The translations under genes were made by a program, and so were the position numbers. Shown here piece by piece: positions 1-10,595 of a DNA stretch of 64,000 bases (the first letter of the stretch is position 1; each line of letters opens with the position of its first letter). The DNA comes from a bacterium (lineage in GTDB: Bacteria > UBA8248), in the NCBI GenBank assembly GCA_965202625.1, contig CBDBBI010000010.1, positions 1,280,001-1,344,000 on the forward strand, in the 5' to 3' direction. The notes below the pieces were generated by a model. That model did no database searches. It was not told the origin of the DNA and was given only the letters and a program-made list of their open reading frames with translations.

Positions 1-840
1 CTCCAGAGGAGGATAGCCGAACCCCTCGTAGAGCGAGGGCAACACTAGTGCCCGGGCGGAACGGTAGACGCCGGGCAACGCTTCCGGGGACATGCGCCCC
101 AGAAACACCACATCTTCGCCCAGGTTCAAAAAGCGCAAAACTCCCTCAAGGTTCTCTCGCTCACCCGCCAGCGCGAGGCGAACGCCGCCCGCCTCCTCCC
201 TCAGGCCGGCGAAGGCGTCGAGCAGCAATTCCAGATTCTTGTGTCGCTTGTGATTTCCCACATACAGGAAATACGGCGCATCGCCCAGCCGATCCAACGC
301 CTCGGGCCTGGGTGCGCGCCCATGCTCCCAGTCGGGCGGCAGGGCGTTGCGCGTCACGCGAATTTTCTCCTCCGGAACGCCCACGTGCTCCATGATCTGG
401 CTTTTCGTGTGCTCGGAGGCGGTCAGAATCAGGCGCGCCCGTCGCGCCGTTCTCCTGATCATCCATTTCGAAACGCGCCAATGAATCGGCGATGGACAAA
501 ACGCAGGAAACAGCTGATGAATCAGGTCATGAATCGTCGCCACCATTGGCGTCCGTCCGAGGAAGGGGGCGAAATAATGCGGATGATGAACGAGGTCCAG
601 GCACTCCCGCTCGAGCAGCAGGGGCAGGGCCGCCTGCTCGGCTATCGAGTAGGGCAGTGCCTCGCAAACTACGCACTTAAAGTTCCTCCCCAGGTCGGCG
701 CAGCCTTCCATGTCCTTTTTGTGCAAGAAGAGGACATACTCCGCGTCATCGTCACTCCTGCTCAGACTAGAGAGCAAACTTCTCAGGTAGGTTCCGACGC
801 CGCTCATCGACAGCATTCGCGCGTCAACGCCTATACGCAT
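1..840 (-). CDS. Glycosyltransferase family 4, truncated by the left window edge
   Basis: Not in the ORF track; translated by hand from ATG at 840: MRIGVDARMLSMSGVGTYLRSLL...MVATIHDLI...FLYVGNHKRHKNLE...LVLPSLYEGFGYPPLE. EGFG-x-P-x-x-E is the GT4 signature. Frame stays open to position 1. Confidence 0.9.
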   Translation of the reverse strand, partial: MRIGVDARMLSMSGVGTYLRSLLSSLSRSDDDAEYVLFLHKKDMEGCADLGRNFKCVVCEALPYSIAEQAALPLLLERECLDLVHHPHYFAPFLGRTPMVATIHDLIHQLFPAFCPSPIHWRVSKWMIRRTARRARLILTASEHTKSQIMEHVGVPEEKIRVTRNALPPDWEHGRAPRPEALDRLGDAPYFLYVGNHKRHKNLELLLDAFAGLREEAGGVRLALAGERENLEGVLRFLNLGEDVVFLGRMSPEALPGVYRSARALVLPSLYEGFGYPPLE

Positions 841-2106
841 CTTCGCACCGCCTCCTTACCCGCTCGAGAGCCGTTCAAGGATGCGGCGCCTTTGCGCAGC
901 ACCACCACGTTCCAGCAACGCGGCCCCCAGACGCTCGGATCGCTCAGCCCCTGAAAGATGCAAATCAAGGGAACGTCCAGCGTCGCAGCGATATGGGAGG
1001 GGCTCAAATCCTTTCCGATGAAAAGCTGGCAAGCTTTAATCACCCCCCATCAGCGACCCGAGGTTCCTCACCTTATCACACAGGTCCATAATCGCACCCT
1101 TGACGCGAACGCCCTTTATGGAGCACAAAATCGAAGCGGCGATCTACCGATCCTCTGGCTCGCCTAGCAACAACACTCGCGCGGGAAGTTTTGAGACGAC
1201 CCATACGGTCCGATCAGCTCGCTATAATGCTGGTGGCTCCATATTCTCCTATCCTGACAACGCCTGGGTGAATCCCTATGAAAACGCTCTCGCTCGTCCC
1301 CCGCCAAAGAAAGAGAAGAGCCCCCCTTGCCCTATCTCCTCTTGCGAGAGGGCCAGATTGGGGTTTTTCGTCTCTAACGGACCCGGTACTGCATACTCGA
1401 GTAAATTCAGGTTTCTCTCCACTTGATTGCACCCGGGAATCTCCTCGCACTCCGCGTCCAGACCGAAAGCCGAACCCCCTGATTCCGCGCCCGCCCATAT
1501 AACGCGCCCCCGAGAGCCTGGATGCGATGAGCGATTGAAAATCTCCGGCGAAATCCACCACCAAATCGTAGGCACCGCCAATTTCCTCCATCCGAAATCG
1601 GAGCAGCCGCATCAGGACAACCGAGCGAAAAGCGATTTTTCTCGATTCGGCCTGTCGCGCCAGGCTCCGTCGAACACGAGAAAATCAACGCCGGGCAACC
1701 CTTCGTCAAAACCCTCGAACAAAGAGCAGACGGATGAAAGGTCAATTTGCATGTCCGGTAGACTTTTTCGAACCGCGTGAATGGCGGGAAGCGTACAGAC
1801 GAGGTCACCGATACAATCGGGCGCACCAGAAGAACACGACGAATAGACGAGGGTCTGTCTCTCGTTTTGCCTAAAAAGATATCGCCCGCTAGGTCGAGGG
1901 CGCGAAACACACCCCCCTTGCCATGGGCTGCCGGTAGTCGTAATTCCTCTGAAAACAGAGGTCCTGCCGTTTCGCTTCCGTCCGAACGACGGAGCATTGA
2001 TTGAGGGGGGAATCGGGTTTTTGAGGCACCCGCAAACGATCCTGGGGAAAAAACGTGCCGTATCCAGAGGCAAGTAGCGTCTCACCGTTTTTCCCGCTTC
2101 GCTCAT
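831..2106 (-). pseudogene. Glycosyltransferase family 9 (heptosyltransferase-like), fragmented
   Basis: GT9 pieces lie in several frames: RRVLLVRP / DCIGDLVCTLPAIHAVRKSLP / YDLVVDF / QVERNLNLL / IGIHPG / LFIGKDLSPSHIAATLDVPLICIF...WGP. Several frameshifts and stops. Confidence 0.8.
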
Positions 2107-3566
2107 CCGCGCACCCCCACAGTAAACCTCAGTCGTATCGGCAACAGGGAATATAACGCGCACCGCCCATCTGCGGAAATTCCGCCGCCCCAGATGATTC
2201 CCGCACAATAAAGAACGCCGCAGCAAACTGCGCGCACGATGAGCGGTGCGGGCAACCAGAGGAGTATCACCCCCGACAAGAGGGCCGTCAGACATGTCCA
2301 GCTCATGGATTCGTATGGGGGGGATCCACGCATCGCCACAACGCGGCGGTGCACGCGCACAGCATAACGCCCTCGGTGATAAGGCTCGCCCAGCTCCGCC
2401 CCCACGAAGTCGTAGCGCGGTATCAACAAGGCGTTGAACACGACGTTCAGCAACGCAAAAGAAAACGCGTAGCCCATGAACGCGCGTTCCCTCTCAATCG
2501 CCATGAAAAACATGGTCATCACGTAGAGGGAGAAGTTCATCGCCATCGTCCAGCACAGGACGCGCAACCCGCTTTAGGCCGCAAGATATTCTGCCCCATA
2601 CACCAAGAAGACGATCTCCTGAGAGAATATGAAAACCCCCAAAACCAGCGGCAGGGCCGCGATGGTGACCAAAGGCAGCGCGACGCGATACATTTTCTCG
2701 ATCCGCTCCCGCCCTCCGGATGAATGTGCCTCCGAGACTAAGGGCAGCAAAGTGGTCGTGAGCGCAATGGGGATGGTGCCCAAAGAACCCGTCAAGCGAT
2801 ACCCCGCGCTATACATGCCTGCGGAAATAGAGTCGCTCATCCACTCCAGCATCAAAATATCGCTGCGCGCATACGCGATTACACACAGACCCGCTACTCC
2901 CACCGGAAGCGCGCTGAGGAGCAACCTTCTCCCTCCAGAGGGAGAAGTCCCAACCAAATTCCGGCCGCATCTCTCGGAGGGATAACCAGCCCAGAACGAA
3001 AACGCTTGGAGCGAGCGCGAGAAACTGAAAGCCGACGATCTCCGGCAAAGTCCACTGATTCAAGGCAGCCCAAAGCAGGCAAAAGGCGGAGAAGATATCC
3101 GCGCCAATCCCCACGAAAATGGGGGTCGCCATCTTAAGACCCGCCTCAAAGGGCAGGTCAAACACCGAGCGGAACGAAAAAACACGAAACGAGGTGAAAA
3201 CGAAGAAGCACGCCACGAGCGTGGCCCAGCACACCTCGCCCGCCGGCACGGTAAAGAACACCACGAGAGAAGCCGCCAACCAGATTGCGAGCGACAAGAT
3301 GAGATTGAGAACGATCTCCTGCCCGAATATCCGGGGTGCCTCGGCCTTGTCCTTCGCCATTTCGCGAACCATGACGCGGTGAAGTCCGCAGTCGGTGAAA
3401 ACGCAGAACATCTCCGCGTAAGCGAGGGCGAAGGCATAAGCTCCGAAGCCTTGAACCCCAAGAACGCGCGCCAGCACGATGATAAGGACAGCCGGACGAG
3501 GCGTTCACACCCTTTGCCGAAAAATAGCCAGCCCAAATTTTTCGTCGCCCGCCGCACCCCGTCCAT
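2103..3566 (-). pseudogene. Wzx-type polysaccharide flippase, fragmented
   Basis: Hydrophobic fragments in four ORFs (3060-3566, 2809-3477, 2574-2957, 2103-2567): LARVLGVQGFGAYAFALA, DILML...AGMYSAGYRL, LNVVFNALLIPRYDFVGA. Frameshifts plus an in-frame TAA at 2574-2576. Confidence 0.85.
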
Positions 3567-4056
3567 TCGCCGCCCTTCAAACCCCGAACCTTATAAAGGC
3601 GATGCGTTTTCTCGGCCGTCCCCGCAGAGCCGCAGGACTCCCCTCTTCCATGTATATGACGTCCGATCGCGCACGCTTGAGCACATCCCCCAATCCGCGC
3701 GACGGGACGGTAAATATGGCCGCCCGCTCCTCTTACTGAAAACCAACGGACGAGTGAGAATCCCGTATCCCCGTCCTCCTCGCCCTCCTCACAGGTGAGC
3801 GCACGCGCCTGGGCGGCCCTTCATGAAGCGGACGCGACGTCAACCGCCATGACCACTATCGGGCGGGAGTTCAGCGGAGAGACCCTTTGGAGAGCAGCAC
3901 CGGGCGAGTCTGGTTTCACGAATGAACCGCGCAGACGAAAACACCATTATTCTATCCCCCCACACCCGCGTGAAACACAACACGCGCTTGACACGAGCCC
4001 AGTGGGTAGGGGAACTTGCCGGTGGTACATCATTCACCCATTGAGGAGCGAAACCC

Positions 4057-4926
4057 ATGAACGATCCCGGGGCGCGCCTCCGGACGCTCCTGGAAGCGAA
4101 AGAGCCTCTGCTCGCTCCCGCCTGCATTGACGCCTTCAGCGCGCGCATGGTCGAACAGGCCGGATTCGCGGTGAACTATCTGACGGGCAACGGCGCCTCG
4201 GCGGCGCTTCTCGGCAAGCCGGACGTGGGCTTCATGACGCTACGCGAGGTGGTCGACGTGTGCCGAAACGTCGTTCAGGCCACCTCGATTCCCCTGATCG
4301 CGGACGCTGACACCGGATACGGCAACGCCGTCAACGTGATTCGCACCGTCCGTGAGATGGAAGCCGCCGGCGTCGCCTGCATCCAGATCGAGGATCAGGT
4401 GACCCCGAAAAGATGTGGCTTTCTGCCCGGCGCGGTCCCCGTCATCTCCCTGGAGGAGCAGCTCGGCAAACTGAAAGCGGCCCTTGACGCCCGAAGGAGC
4501 GCGAATTTCCTCATCCTCGCCCGCACGGACGCCGCCGCGGACCATGGGTTGGACGAGGCGATTCGCCGGGCGGTCGCCTACAAGGAGGCGGGTGCCGACC
4601 TCACGTTCATCGAGCTGGAGGGGACGGAAGATGAACTGAGGAGAATTGGGGCGGAAGTTCCCCCGCCCCATGTCACGACGCTGGACGAGTCCAGGCGCGA
4701 GGCGACGCTCGGCGTGGATGCACTGGGCGCACTCGGCTTCGGCGTCGTCATCTATCCGGGGGTCGTGCGCTGCGCCTACCTCAAGGCGGTGACAGAGGTT
4801 CTGCGTATTCTCAGAGAGGAAGGCTCCACGCGCTCCGCGCGCGAGATGATGGCCACCTTCCAGGACTACAACGACGCCCTCGGCATCTCGGAAATTCAGG
4901 CGTGGGAACGCGAATATCTCGGATGA
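4057..4926 (+). CDS. Isocitrate lyase/PEP mutase superfamily protein (PrpB-like)
   Basis: DAFSARMVEQAGF, PLIADADTGYG, IQIEDQVTPKRCG, ILARTDA; GAGGAG RBS upstream. Confidence 0.9.
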   Translation: MNDPGARLRTLLEAKEPLLAPACIDAFSARMVEQAGFAVNYLTGNGASAALLGKPDVGFMTLREVVDVCRNVVQATSIPLIADADTGYGNAVNVIRTVREMEAAGVACIQIEDQVTPKRCGFLPGAVPVISLEEQLGKLKAALDARRSANFLILARTDAAADHGLDEAIRRAVAYKEAGADLTFIELEGTEDELRRIGAEVPPPHVTTLDESRREATLGVDALGALGFGVVIYPGVVRCAYLKAVTEVLRILREEGSTRSAREMMATFQDYNDALGISEIQAWEREYLG

Positions 4927-4954
4927 CGCGTCGCGCCCACCCAGGGAGCAGACA

Positions 4955-5257
4955 ATGATCACCGTAGGCATGTATTACGAAGTGCTGCCAGGCAAGGCGA
5001 AGGAGTTCGAGGCAAAGTTTGAGACCGTGGCCGACGCCCTGGAAGACGAGACGGGCCACGTGCAAAGCCTTTTGTATCAACAGGTGAAAAAACCGAATTC
5101 CTACACTATCCTCTCGGAGTGGGACACGCGCGAGGACTTCATGGCCTTCATCAGGAGCGACGCGTTTCGCGCCGTCACGGATTGGGGAAATGCGGAAATC
5201 CTGTCTGGCCGACCACGCCACAAAGTGTATGGTAGAGAGGGCGAACTCGGTTATTAG
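4955..5257 (+). CDS. Antibiotic biosynthesis monooxygenase (ABM) domain protein
   Basis: 100 aa with the dimeric alpha-beta barrel pattern (YEVLPGKAKEFE...YTILSEWDTREDFMAF); GGGAG RBS. Confidence 0.8.
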   Translation: MITVGMYYEVLPGKAKEFEAKFETVADALEDETGHVQSLLYQQVKKPNSYTILSEWDTREDFMAFIRSDAFRAVTDWGNAEILSGRPRHKVYGREGELGY

Positions 5258-5483
5258 AGGAAAACCCGGATGCCAGGCATCCCCGGCCACCCATTTGCGC
5301 CACCCCGCTCCGGAGAATGTTGTCTGAGGCGCGCGCGCCGTATCGCATTTATCGGTCATTGGCCCTCGCTGACGGCGATCCGCCGCGCCAACCGTTTGAC
5401 GGAGCGTCGGATGCAATGCGTGCGCCGCCAAACGCCGGAGCGCGCCACGCAAACTGCGCAGGCTCAAAATATAGGAGAAAAAA

Positions 5484-6388
5484 ATGGCGCGCAAGAGAAC
5501 GAAAAAAATTGCGTTTTTGGGCTTGGGCCGCATGGAGGATTGATGACGAAGCACCTGATTGACGCCGGCTTCGACCTCACGGGCTATGACCCTGTCCCCA
5601 GGGCCGCAGCCGTAGCCCAAAAAAACGGCGCCAAAATCGCAAGCGGCGTCGCCGACGCGGTCAAGGGCGCCGACGTGATATGCAGCTCGCTCCCCACGAC
5701 CGCGGCTGTGAGGAGCGTCTATCTCAGCGCCGACGGGGCGCTCAAGGCGACCCGACGCGGCGCGATCTGCTTCGAGCTTTCGACAAGTAGCGTTCGTCTG
5801 GCGAGGGAGATCGCCGCGGAGGCCGAGAAGAGAGGAATCGCCTTTTTGGACGCCCCCGTCAGCGGGAGCATCCCTCATCTCGAGCGCAAGGAGGTGTCCG
5901 CTATCGTGGGCGGCGACCGGACAGCGCTCAAAGAACACCGCGACGTGCTCGACACCTTCAGCAAATCGGTCACCTACATGGGACAATCTGGAAACGGCCT
6001 GATCATGAAGCTGGTGACGAACCATATCCTGAACATCCAGCACGCGGGGATGGCCGAGGGACTGGCATTCGGGATGAAAGCGGGACTGCCGAGCCGGAAA
6101 ATGGTAAAATTCCTGCAGGAAAGCGTCCTTCCCCACCTGATGCATTACAAGGGGCCGGCGATGGCGGCGCGGGATTACTCCGATGTCATCGCGAACGTGG
6201 GCATCAGTTTCAAGGACCTGGGGCTGAGCATTGAGGAGGCGAACGATCTGGGCGCCCCCGTCCCCTTGGGCGCCGCCGCGCGGCAGCAGTATACATCCGC
6301 CATGGCGCTCGGCCTGGAACAAGCGGATTTCAACGCGGTTTTCGAGGCTTTCCTGAACGCCATGGGTGTGAAGACGAAAAGGAAATAG
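5484..6388 (+). CDS. 3-hydroxyisobutyrate dehydrogenase / 2-hydroxy-3-oxopropionate reductase family, with a single frameshift near 5535
   Basis: ATG at 5484 after AGGAG gives MARKRTKKIAFLGLGRM, then the frame shifts to GGLMTKHL...FLDAPVSGS...MKLVTN. One G appears to be missing (ATGGAGGA where ATGGGAGGA is expected). Confidence 0.8.
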
Positions 6389-6427
6389 CGGGCGCGGCGC
6401 TTCACCGAATTGCGGGAGGGAAGAGAG

Positions 6428-7306
6428 ATGGCGAAAGTAGTTGCTTTCCTGGGGCTGGGAAACATGGGCGCAGGCATGTCGGCGAACCTGGCGAAGGAGG
6501 GCTTTGACGTCCGCGGATTCGATCCGCTCCAATCCGCGCGCGATCGGGCGGCGTCCGCCGGCCTGAAAGTATTCGACACGGCGGCGGAAGCGGCGTCAAG
6601 CGCCGAGGTCATTTGCAGTTCGGTGCCGGAAGTCGCGCACGCGAGAGGAGCGTATCTGGGCGAGACCGGCGCGCTGGCGACCGCCCCTGAGGGCGCGGTC
6701 TGCTTCGACCTGTCCACCCTGACGGTCGAGGGCAGCCAGACACTCGCCGAGGAGGCGAAAAGGCGTGGGGCGCAATTTCTGGACACCCCCGTCAGCGGGA
6801 GCGTGCCCCACGCGAGGGCGGGAACCCTCGCCATCATGGTCGGAGGCGACGAGGCGGCACTCGAGGCCCACCGCGACGTCCTCGAGGCGTTCAGCGCATC
6901 GATTCATCATTTCGGCCCGAACGGGGCGGGCCTTCAGATGAAACTGGTGACGAACCACATCTTCGCGGTGCACATCTCCGCCATCGCCGAGGCACTGACG
7001 GTGGGAACGAAGGGGGGGCTGGACCCCGAGCGGATGGTCGATTTCCTGAAGGCGAGCGTCATACCCAAGATTCTAGAATACAAGGCGTCTCCCATGATCG
7101 CCAAGGACTACACACCCACGTTCACGGTGAACCTGATGCTCAAGGACTTACGCATCATCGCGGCGATGGCCGAGGGCGTCGGAGTGCCAATCCCCCTGTG
7201 TGCCGCCGCGCGCCAGGCGTACATGAGCGCGGCCGCCCTCGGTCACGGGGAAGCGGATCAAAACGCGATACTCGCCTTCTTTGAAAAGGGCGCCGGTATG
7301 GATTAG
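6428..7306 (+). CDS. 3-hydroxyisobutyrate dehydrogenase family NAD(P)-dependent oxidoreductase
   Basis: VAFLGLGNMG Rossmann motif, FLDTPVSGS, MKLVTN catalytic Lys, FTVNLMLKDL. Confidence 0.92.
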   Translation: MAKVVAFLGLGNMGAGMSANLAKEGFDVRGFDPLQSARDRAASAGLKVFDTAAEAASSAEVICSSVPEVAHARGAYLGETGALATAPEGAVCFDLSTLTVEGSQTLAEEAKRRGAQFLDTPVSGSVPHARAGTLAIMVGGDEAALEAHRDVLEAFSASIHHFGPNGAGLQMKLVTNHIFAVHISAIAEALTVGTKGGLDPERMVDFLKASVIPKILEYKASPMIAKDYTPTFTVNLMLKDLRIIAAMAEGVGVPIPLCAAARQAYMSAAALGHGEADQNAILAFFEKGAGMD

Positions 7307-7398
7307 CCTGCGCGCACGCGCAACCTATATTAATATTCCGCAGGTGCGCGGCGGACTTTGGGGCCGATGGACTTCCGCCGCCACGTGGCATGAGGCGC

Positions 7399-7428
7399 TT
7401 GCTATTCTTGAGTAGTTTAGTTTAGTAT
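7399..7428 (+). promoter_or_regulatory. Putative sigma70 promoter overlapped by an Rrf2 (IscR/CymR-like) operator
   Basis: TTGCTA-N18-TAGTAT in an AT-rich patch. ATTCTTGAGTAGTTTAGTTTAGTAT (7404-7428) matches 20/25 positions of the IscR type-1 consensus as I recall it (ATASYYGACTRWWWYAGTCRRSTAT). Confidence 0.45.
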
Positions 7429-7688
7429 TTAATCGAATTTTGGGTTCCCCGAATTTCTACCAGTCCCGAAACTCCGGGATGGTGAAATGCTCGCGCTAAC
7501 GAGAGACGTCCATCGTCTTTGGAAGGCTGCTTCCGGCCCCGATGGATGAAGACGGCGGCGAACGCAAAATGGCGCGTTGCGCGCTGGGTGGCCCCGGAAG
7601 CCGGGCTTTCAGCCCCGCAGCCTCGACAACGCGATCGTTTTATCTTTATCCAGCTCAGCGAACGCTGGACAGCGAAGGAGACGAGAGA

Positions 7689-8885
7689 ATGGCAAAGACA
7701 GGACGAGACCTGCTCGCCGCCGCGCGGAGCGAGGTGCCCGAGATCACGGCGGAGGAAGTAAAATCCGCCATGGACGCGGGCGAGGAGATGGCGCTCATTG
7801 ACGTGCGCGAACCCGACGAGTTCAGGGGCGGCTACCTGCCGGGCGCCGAGCACGTGAGCAGGGGGTTTTTGGAGCTCCAGATCGAAGGGGTCATTCCCGA
7901 CAGGTCAACGCCCATCGTCGCCTATTGCGCGGGTGGGGTGCGTTCGCTGCTCGCCGGCCAGGTCTTGCGGTCCATGGGCTATGGAAGCGTGAAGTCGATG
8001 GCGGGCGGCTACGGGAAATGGAAGGACCTGGGCTTTCCCGTCCAGGTCGACAAGCAGATGAGCGCCGAGCAGCTCAACCGCTACAGCCGCCATTTCCTGC
8101 TCTCTCAAATCGGAGAAAAGGGACAGGCCAAACTGCTGGACGCCAAGGTTGTCCTGATAGGGGCGGGCGGCCTGGGTTCTCCCACCGGACTTTACCTGGC
8201 GGCCATGGGCACCGGTGCCATCGGCATCGTGGACCTTGACGTGGTGGACATGAGCAACCTTCAGCGACAGATCATTCACACCAACGAGCGCGTGGGCACC
8301 TCCAAGGTGGAAAGTGCGCGGGCCACCCTCAACGCGCTGAACCCCGACGTGCGCGTCATCGCCCACGAGGAGAGGCTGAACAGGGAAAACGCGCTCGACA
8401 TCCTGAAGGACTACGACGTCATCGTGAACGGGGCGGACAACTTCCCCACCCGCTACCTCGTCAACGACGCGGCCGTGTTCCTGGGCAAGCCCATCGTCGA
8501 CGCCTCCATCTTCAAATTCGAGGGACAGGCCACCGTCTACCACCCCGCGGAGGGAGGCCCCTGCTACCGCTGCCTCTATCCCGAACCCCCGCCGCCCGGC
8601 ATGGTCCCCTCCTGCCAGGACGCCGGCGTTCTGGGTGCGCTTTGCGGCACCATGGGCTCCATCCAGGCAACGGAGACGGCGAAACTCATCGTGGACTTTG
8701 GCGAGCCGCTCATCGGCAAGCTCCTGATGTACGACGCGCTCAAATCACAGTTCAGGACGCTCAAAATCAGGCGGGACCCCGGTTGCCCCGTGTGCGGAGA
8801 CAGCCCCTCCATCACGCAGCTCATCGACTATGAGTTTTTCTGCGGTCTCACGGAAGCCCCCGCCGCCGCCAACGGAGGCCCATAG
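7689..8885 (+). CDS. moeB: Rhodanese-fused ThiF/MoeB adenylyltransferase (MoeZ-like)
   Basis: N-terminal rhodanese (LIDVREPDE...YCAGGVRS), then RYSRH, GAGGLG, SNLQRQ, CYRC and CPVC zinc motifs. Confidence 0.9.
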   Translation: MAKTGRDLLAAARSEVPEITAEEVKSAMDAGEEMALIDVREPDEFRGGYLPGAEHVSRGFLELQIEGVIPDRSTPIVAYCAGGVRSLLAGQVLRSMGYGSVKSMAGGYGKWKDLGFPVQVDKQMSAEQLNRYSRHFLLSQIGEKGQAKLLDAKVVLIGAGGLGSPTGLYLAAMGTGAIGIVDLDVVDMSNLQRQIIHTNERVGTSKVESARATLNALNPDVRVIAHEERLNRENALDILKDYDVIVNGADNFPTRYLVNDAAVFLGKPIVDASIFKFEGQATVYHPAEGGPCYRCLYPEPPPPGMVPSCQDAGVLGALCGTMGSIQATETAKLIVDFGEPLIGKLLMYDALKSQFRTLKIRRDPGCPVCGDSPSITQLIDYEFFCGLTEAPAAANGGP

Positions 8886-8989
8886 GGGAGACCGAGAGCG
8901 AAGCGGCCAAACAAGGAGCGCCGCCGCGCTCTAGGGGAGCGATGAAGAAAGGGCCGCCAACACCAACACTTGGTGTAAATATCCACCCA

Positions 8990-9895
8990 TTATGCCGTCA
9001 CTTTTTCCCAGCGGGGAATGAGGTTATATTTCCGCTTTCCCCCCGCACCCGCGAGAATCGCGTCCTCGGCCATTTTGAGGTAAGACGGCTCCACGTCGTA
9101 TCCTACGCACCTGCGCCCCTCTCTGAGAGCGACAATCGCCGTCTGGCCGCTCCCGAGAAAGGGATCAAGAATCTCATCCCCTTCCTGCGAATAGAGAAGC
9201 GCGAGACGGCGGACGAGCTCCTCGGGATATGGGCAGGGATGGTCTATGGCGTTGGGCGGCACGGGCGCGATATGCCAGACGTTGTTGGCGATGTCGCGCG
9301 TGAACAATTCATCAATATCCAGGCATTGCTTCTTTCCCCGCCGGGGGGAGCCGGGCTTTCGGAATATCAGGACATACTCCGTCATAATGTTGGGATAATA
9401 ATAGCCGGGTCTGGGGTTTTGGATGAAGCAGCCCGCGCGCTTTACGCCGCCCGTCACCTTGTTCCAGATGATGTCCTGATGAAACTCCCACCCTAAGTCC
9501 AGAAGGCGGTTCGTTATCATCATCGGGGCGGGATAATGCTTTCCCTTGTGAAGAATCGTTCCGACCACGACGGCGCAAAACCCGCCCTTTATCGTTGTTC
9601 GAAGAACCTCTTTGAAAACTTTTTGGATGTTCCCCAGGAAATCATCAAAGTTTTCACCGAACGAGATGTATTCGCGTTCACGATGCCACGCTTCGGAATT
9701 CTTAGAATGGATATCGTAGTCGATGGCGTTCCAGTAGGGAGGCGACGTAACCGTGAGGGCGATAGAATCATCGGCGCATTGCGGCATTTCGAGGCACGAT
9801 TGGCTATAGAATCTGTAGCCGTCTCCCTCCAGAAACGCCTCCGGCTTTCGCCGCTTCACGGCCGCGCTTCCCGCTCCGTTACATTCGCTCATCAT
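8990..9895 (-). CDS. Orphan site-specific DNA methyltransferase (beta-class, probably N4-cytosine)
   Basis: VTSPPYW precedes HPCPYP and ILDPFLGSGQT (motif IV before motif I); GGAGG RBS before ATG 9895. Confidence 0.9.
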   Translation of the reverse strand: MMSECNGAGSAAVKRRKPEAFLEGDGYRFYSQSCLEMPQCADDSIALTVTSPPYWNAIDYDIHSKNSEAWHREREYISFGENFDDFLGNIQKVFKEVLRTTIKGGFCAVVVGTILHKGKHYPAPMMITNRLLDLGWEFHQDIIWNKVTGGVKRAGCFIQNPRPGYYYPNIMTEYVLIFRKPGSPRRGKKQCLDIDELFTRDIANNVWHIAPVPPNAIDHPCPYPEELVRRLALLYSQEGDEILDPFLGSGQTAIVALREGRRCVGYDVEPSYLKMAEDAILAGAGGKRKYNLIPRWEKVTA

Positions 9896-10595
9896 GCTAT
9901 CATCCTCCCCCATTGAAGACGCCGCCCGACATGGGTATATTTTCGCTCTCGCCTTGAATCGAATAACATGCGTTATTACCATATATTGTATCATTTCGCG
10001 ACATACGCTCAAAATATAGTAGCGGGAAAGAAGCTTCACAAATAAGGGTAAAAATAGCGAAAATTTGTGCGTCTGACAACCTTTTCGCGGAAATCTCCGA
10101 ACGAGAGGTCCTGGATATAGCAAATCTTCCGCAACCCGGGGACGTCCGGCACGGGACGGATGAGATAGCGGCCCCGAAAGGGTTGCGCGAGATGGACGAG
10201 GAAATCAGACAAGGCGGACGCTCGCATAAGGGCGCCAGAGAGAACCGCGAAGGCGTGGGCGTCGCCAGAAAAGGAAAAGACGCCGACGACGGCTGAAAAG
10301 ACCCCTATTCCTGCGTTATTTTTGAGCGCGAGAGCTGCTCCTCGGCATGGCGCGATGAATACGCCGCGATCAAGGTGGGCGGCAAATGATGAATTCGCCC
10401 GTCGAAACGCCTGATGGAAACGCAATCGAGCAGTTGTTCGCCGGATTGCGCAAACGGAAACTCCGCCCGCGCATCGCCGCGCATGTGGAGAGAAAGTCCC
10501 GCCCCTTAAGAACCCGGGGAAAAAGGCGACAAGAGCAAAATGCGGAATGAAAATGAGGAGCGCATAATTGGCCCAACACGCGAGGAGGAACACCC

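Noticed and set aside
2574-2576. Recoding at the in-frame stop in Wzx
   Set aside because: The stop is TAA and the gene also has several frameshifts.
4811-6532. Long antisense ORFs (also 11355-12809, 22535-24334, 26321-28177, 40654-42285, 47559-48983)
   Set aside because: They are shadows of well-supported genes on the opposite strand, expected at high GC, and carry no recognisable motifs.
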